Source of the DNA: Scyliorhinus canicula
Taxonomy: Eukaryota
Assembly (NCBI RefSeq): GCF_902713615.1
Contig: NC_052159.1
Span: 11,358,018-11,422,017, forward strand
Reading direction: 5' to 3'
Length of the DNA: 64,000 nt
Shown here one piece after another: positions 62,650 through 64,000 of the stretch. Each line of letters opens with the position of its first letter. Position 1 is the first letter of the stretch. A program made the translations under genes and the position numbers. Under the pieces are notes generated by a model. The model saw only the letters and a list, made by a program, of their open reading frames with translations, did no database searches and was not told the DNA's origin.

Positions 62650-63038
62650 TGATTGGATGGGTTTATTGCCATGTGTACCGAGGTACAGTGAAAAGTATTT
62701 TTCTGCGTGCAGCTTAAACAGATCATTTAGTACATGAAAAGGAAATACATAATAGGGCTTGCGGTCTTGGACTGAGCAGTTGCCATACCCAGGCTGTGAT
62801 GCAGCCAGATAGGATGCTTTCTATGGTGCATCTGTAAAGGTCGGTAAGGGTTAATGTGGACATGCCGAATTTCCTTAGTTTCCTGAGAAAGTATAGGCGG
62901 TGTTGTGCTCGTGGGTGGACGAGGACAATTGTTGCTGATGTGCACACTCAAGAATTTGAAGCTGTCAACCATCTCCACCTCGGCTCCGTTGATGCAGACA
63001 GGGGTGTGTACAGTACTTTGCTTCCTGAAGTCAATGGT
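62650..63038 (-). mobile_element. Rex1/Babar-like LINE fragment
   Basis: ORFs 62727-63056 (INGAEVEMVDSFKFL) and 62723-62947 (QHRLYFLRKLRKF..YRCTIESILSGCITAW). Confidence 0.75.
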
Positions 63039-64000
63039 ATTCACAAATATCCCCAACAGACGTCAGACTGGTTGGTTTTTAATTTCCTCGTGGTCAGGTG
63101 CTGGAAATGTAACCGTGTGCAGGCAAGGGCCGTCCTTGAGTAAAGTGTCAACAGGTGTAGACAAACTGACAATGAAGCCATGTGCTTAAAATGGATCTGC
63201 CTTGTGAATTTCAACTGGTACCCAATGCTGGTGCTGTATTTGGAGTGTGTCTGAAGTAGTTTCGATGGGCTTTTTCAGTTTCAATACCAACCGTGGCATA
63301 TGTCTAATCGGGTCAATGTCGATATCCTTTACTTGTCATTAATACCATCAAGCTACGTGATGGGAACACATTCGTTAACAAAAGAGGTGACAGTATTCGC
63401 AAATTATTGGAACGCAACCAATTTGTGACGAAGCATTAAAGTGGAGAAATACCAAATTGCGCCGGTCTTGGGTGTGACCCAAGTAACCACACTAACAGCA
63501 GAATGCGTTAACCGATTGCGTCGCAGAGATGGCAAACGTTACTAGAGCCAGAATAAAGCGTGAGAAATTTATGGTGGGTACATGGGAACAGACCTGTCTT
63601 CTCCATTCACCGTGAATAACTACCCACCAGTACTTCGACATTCTAGCCGTTTATTGGCATTTCTGTTTCCAGATATCCCGATTGTCCTGAAGCCAATATG
63701 ATGCGTGTTTTCCCCTGTTGTACAGTGACTAAAGTCTCGTCAGTTACTAACTTCAGTCAATTTCTACAATCAGTCCAGAATAAATCTTTCAGAGTGGGGA
63801 AGATAGTGCCTCTGACCAATCAGCTGTTCACACTTCACCCTCCTTCGGTTCCATCCCCCAAAGCTCTTCTCAAGGCTTAAAAAGCTGGAGACTGTGTTTT
63901 CTGTGTTGTTCCGTTTCCATCCCCAAATGGCAATATTCTGAAAAACATTGGGCGGGATTCTCCATGGCTGCCTGTGACAGGGCAACCCTGTCCTGTGCCT

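Noticed and set aside
63041-63181. 46-aa minus-strand ORF resembling a signal peptide (MASLSVCLHLLTLYSRTALAC..)
   Set aside because: It is short, ends in a stop and has no convincing donor site. It is kept only as context in the right-edge finding.
43000-64000. STS coding exons expected from synteny
   Set aside because: No sulfatase-like sequence was recognised in this interval.

Overview
Vertebrate genomic DNA, most likely a shark/elasmobranch, judged from the dominant HE1/V-SINE-type SINEs and CR1 LINEs. The only host gene I can support is PNPLA4 on the + strand. Five coding exons lie at 4213-4307, 11400-11535, 20908-20973, 40378-40530 and 42830-42961, totalling 582 nt with consistent phases and GT-AG junctions. 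The first coding exon (catalytic GxSxG) lies upstream of the window. Most of the rest is transposon-derived: CR1, L1-clade, CR1-group/L2-like and Rex1-like LINEs, several modular tRNA-derived SINE families, two related solo LTRs, a hAT MITE and MITE-like remnants. The most notable observations are four. (1) A complete minimal hammerhead-ribozyme motif sits in a Penelope-type palindromic cassette, in sense orientation within a PNPLA4 intron. (2) A ~5.3-kb G-rich minisatellite has a fixed GTGTTAGGTCAGGCCGGAC core, higher-order duplications and an L1 inserted with a 14-bp TSD. (3) An inverted pair of closely related L1 copies brackets the symmetric 66-nt exon. (4) A ~1.37-kb foldback has ~300-bp arms. 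Several TE-derived minisatellites and unexplained CpG-rich segments, including a possible minus-strand exon, are also present. All calls are by eye, and repeat boundaries are approximate.
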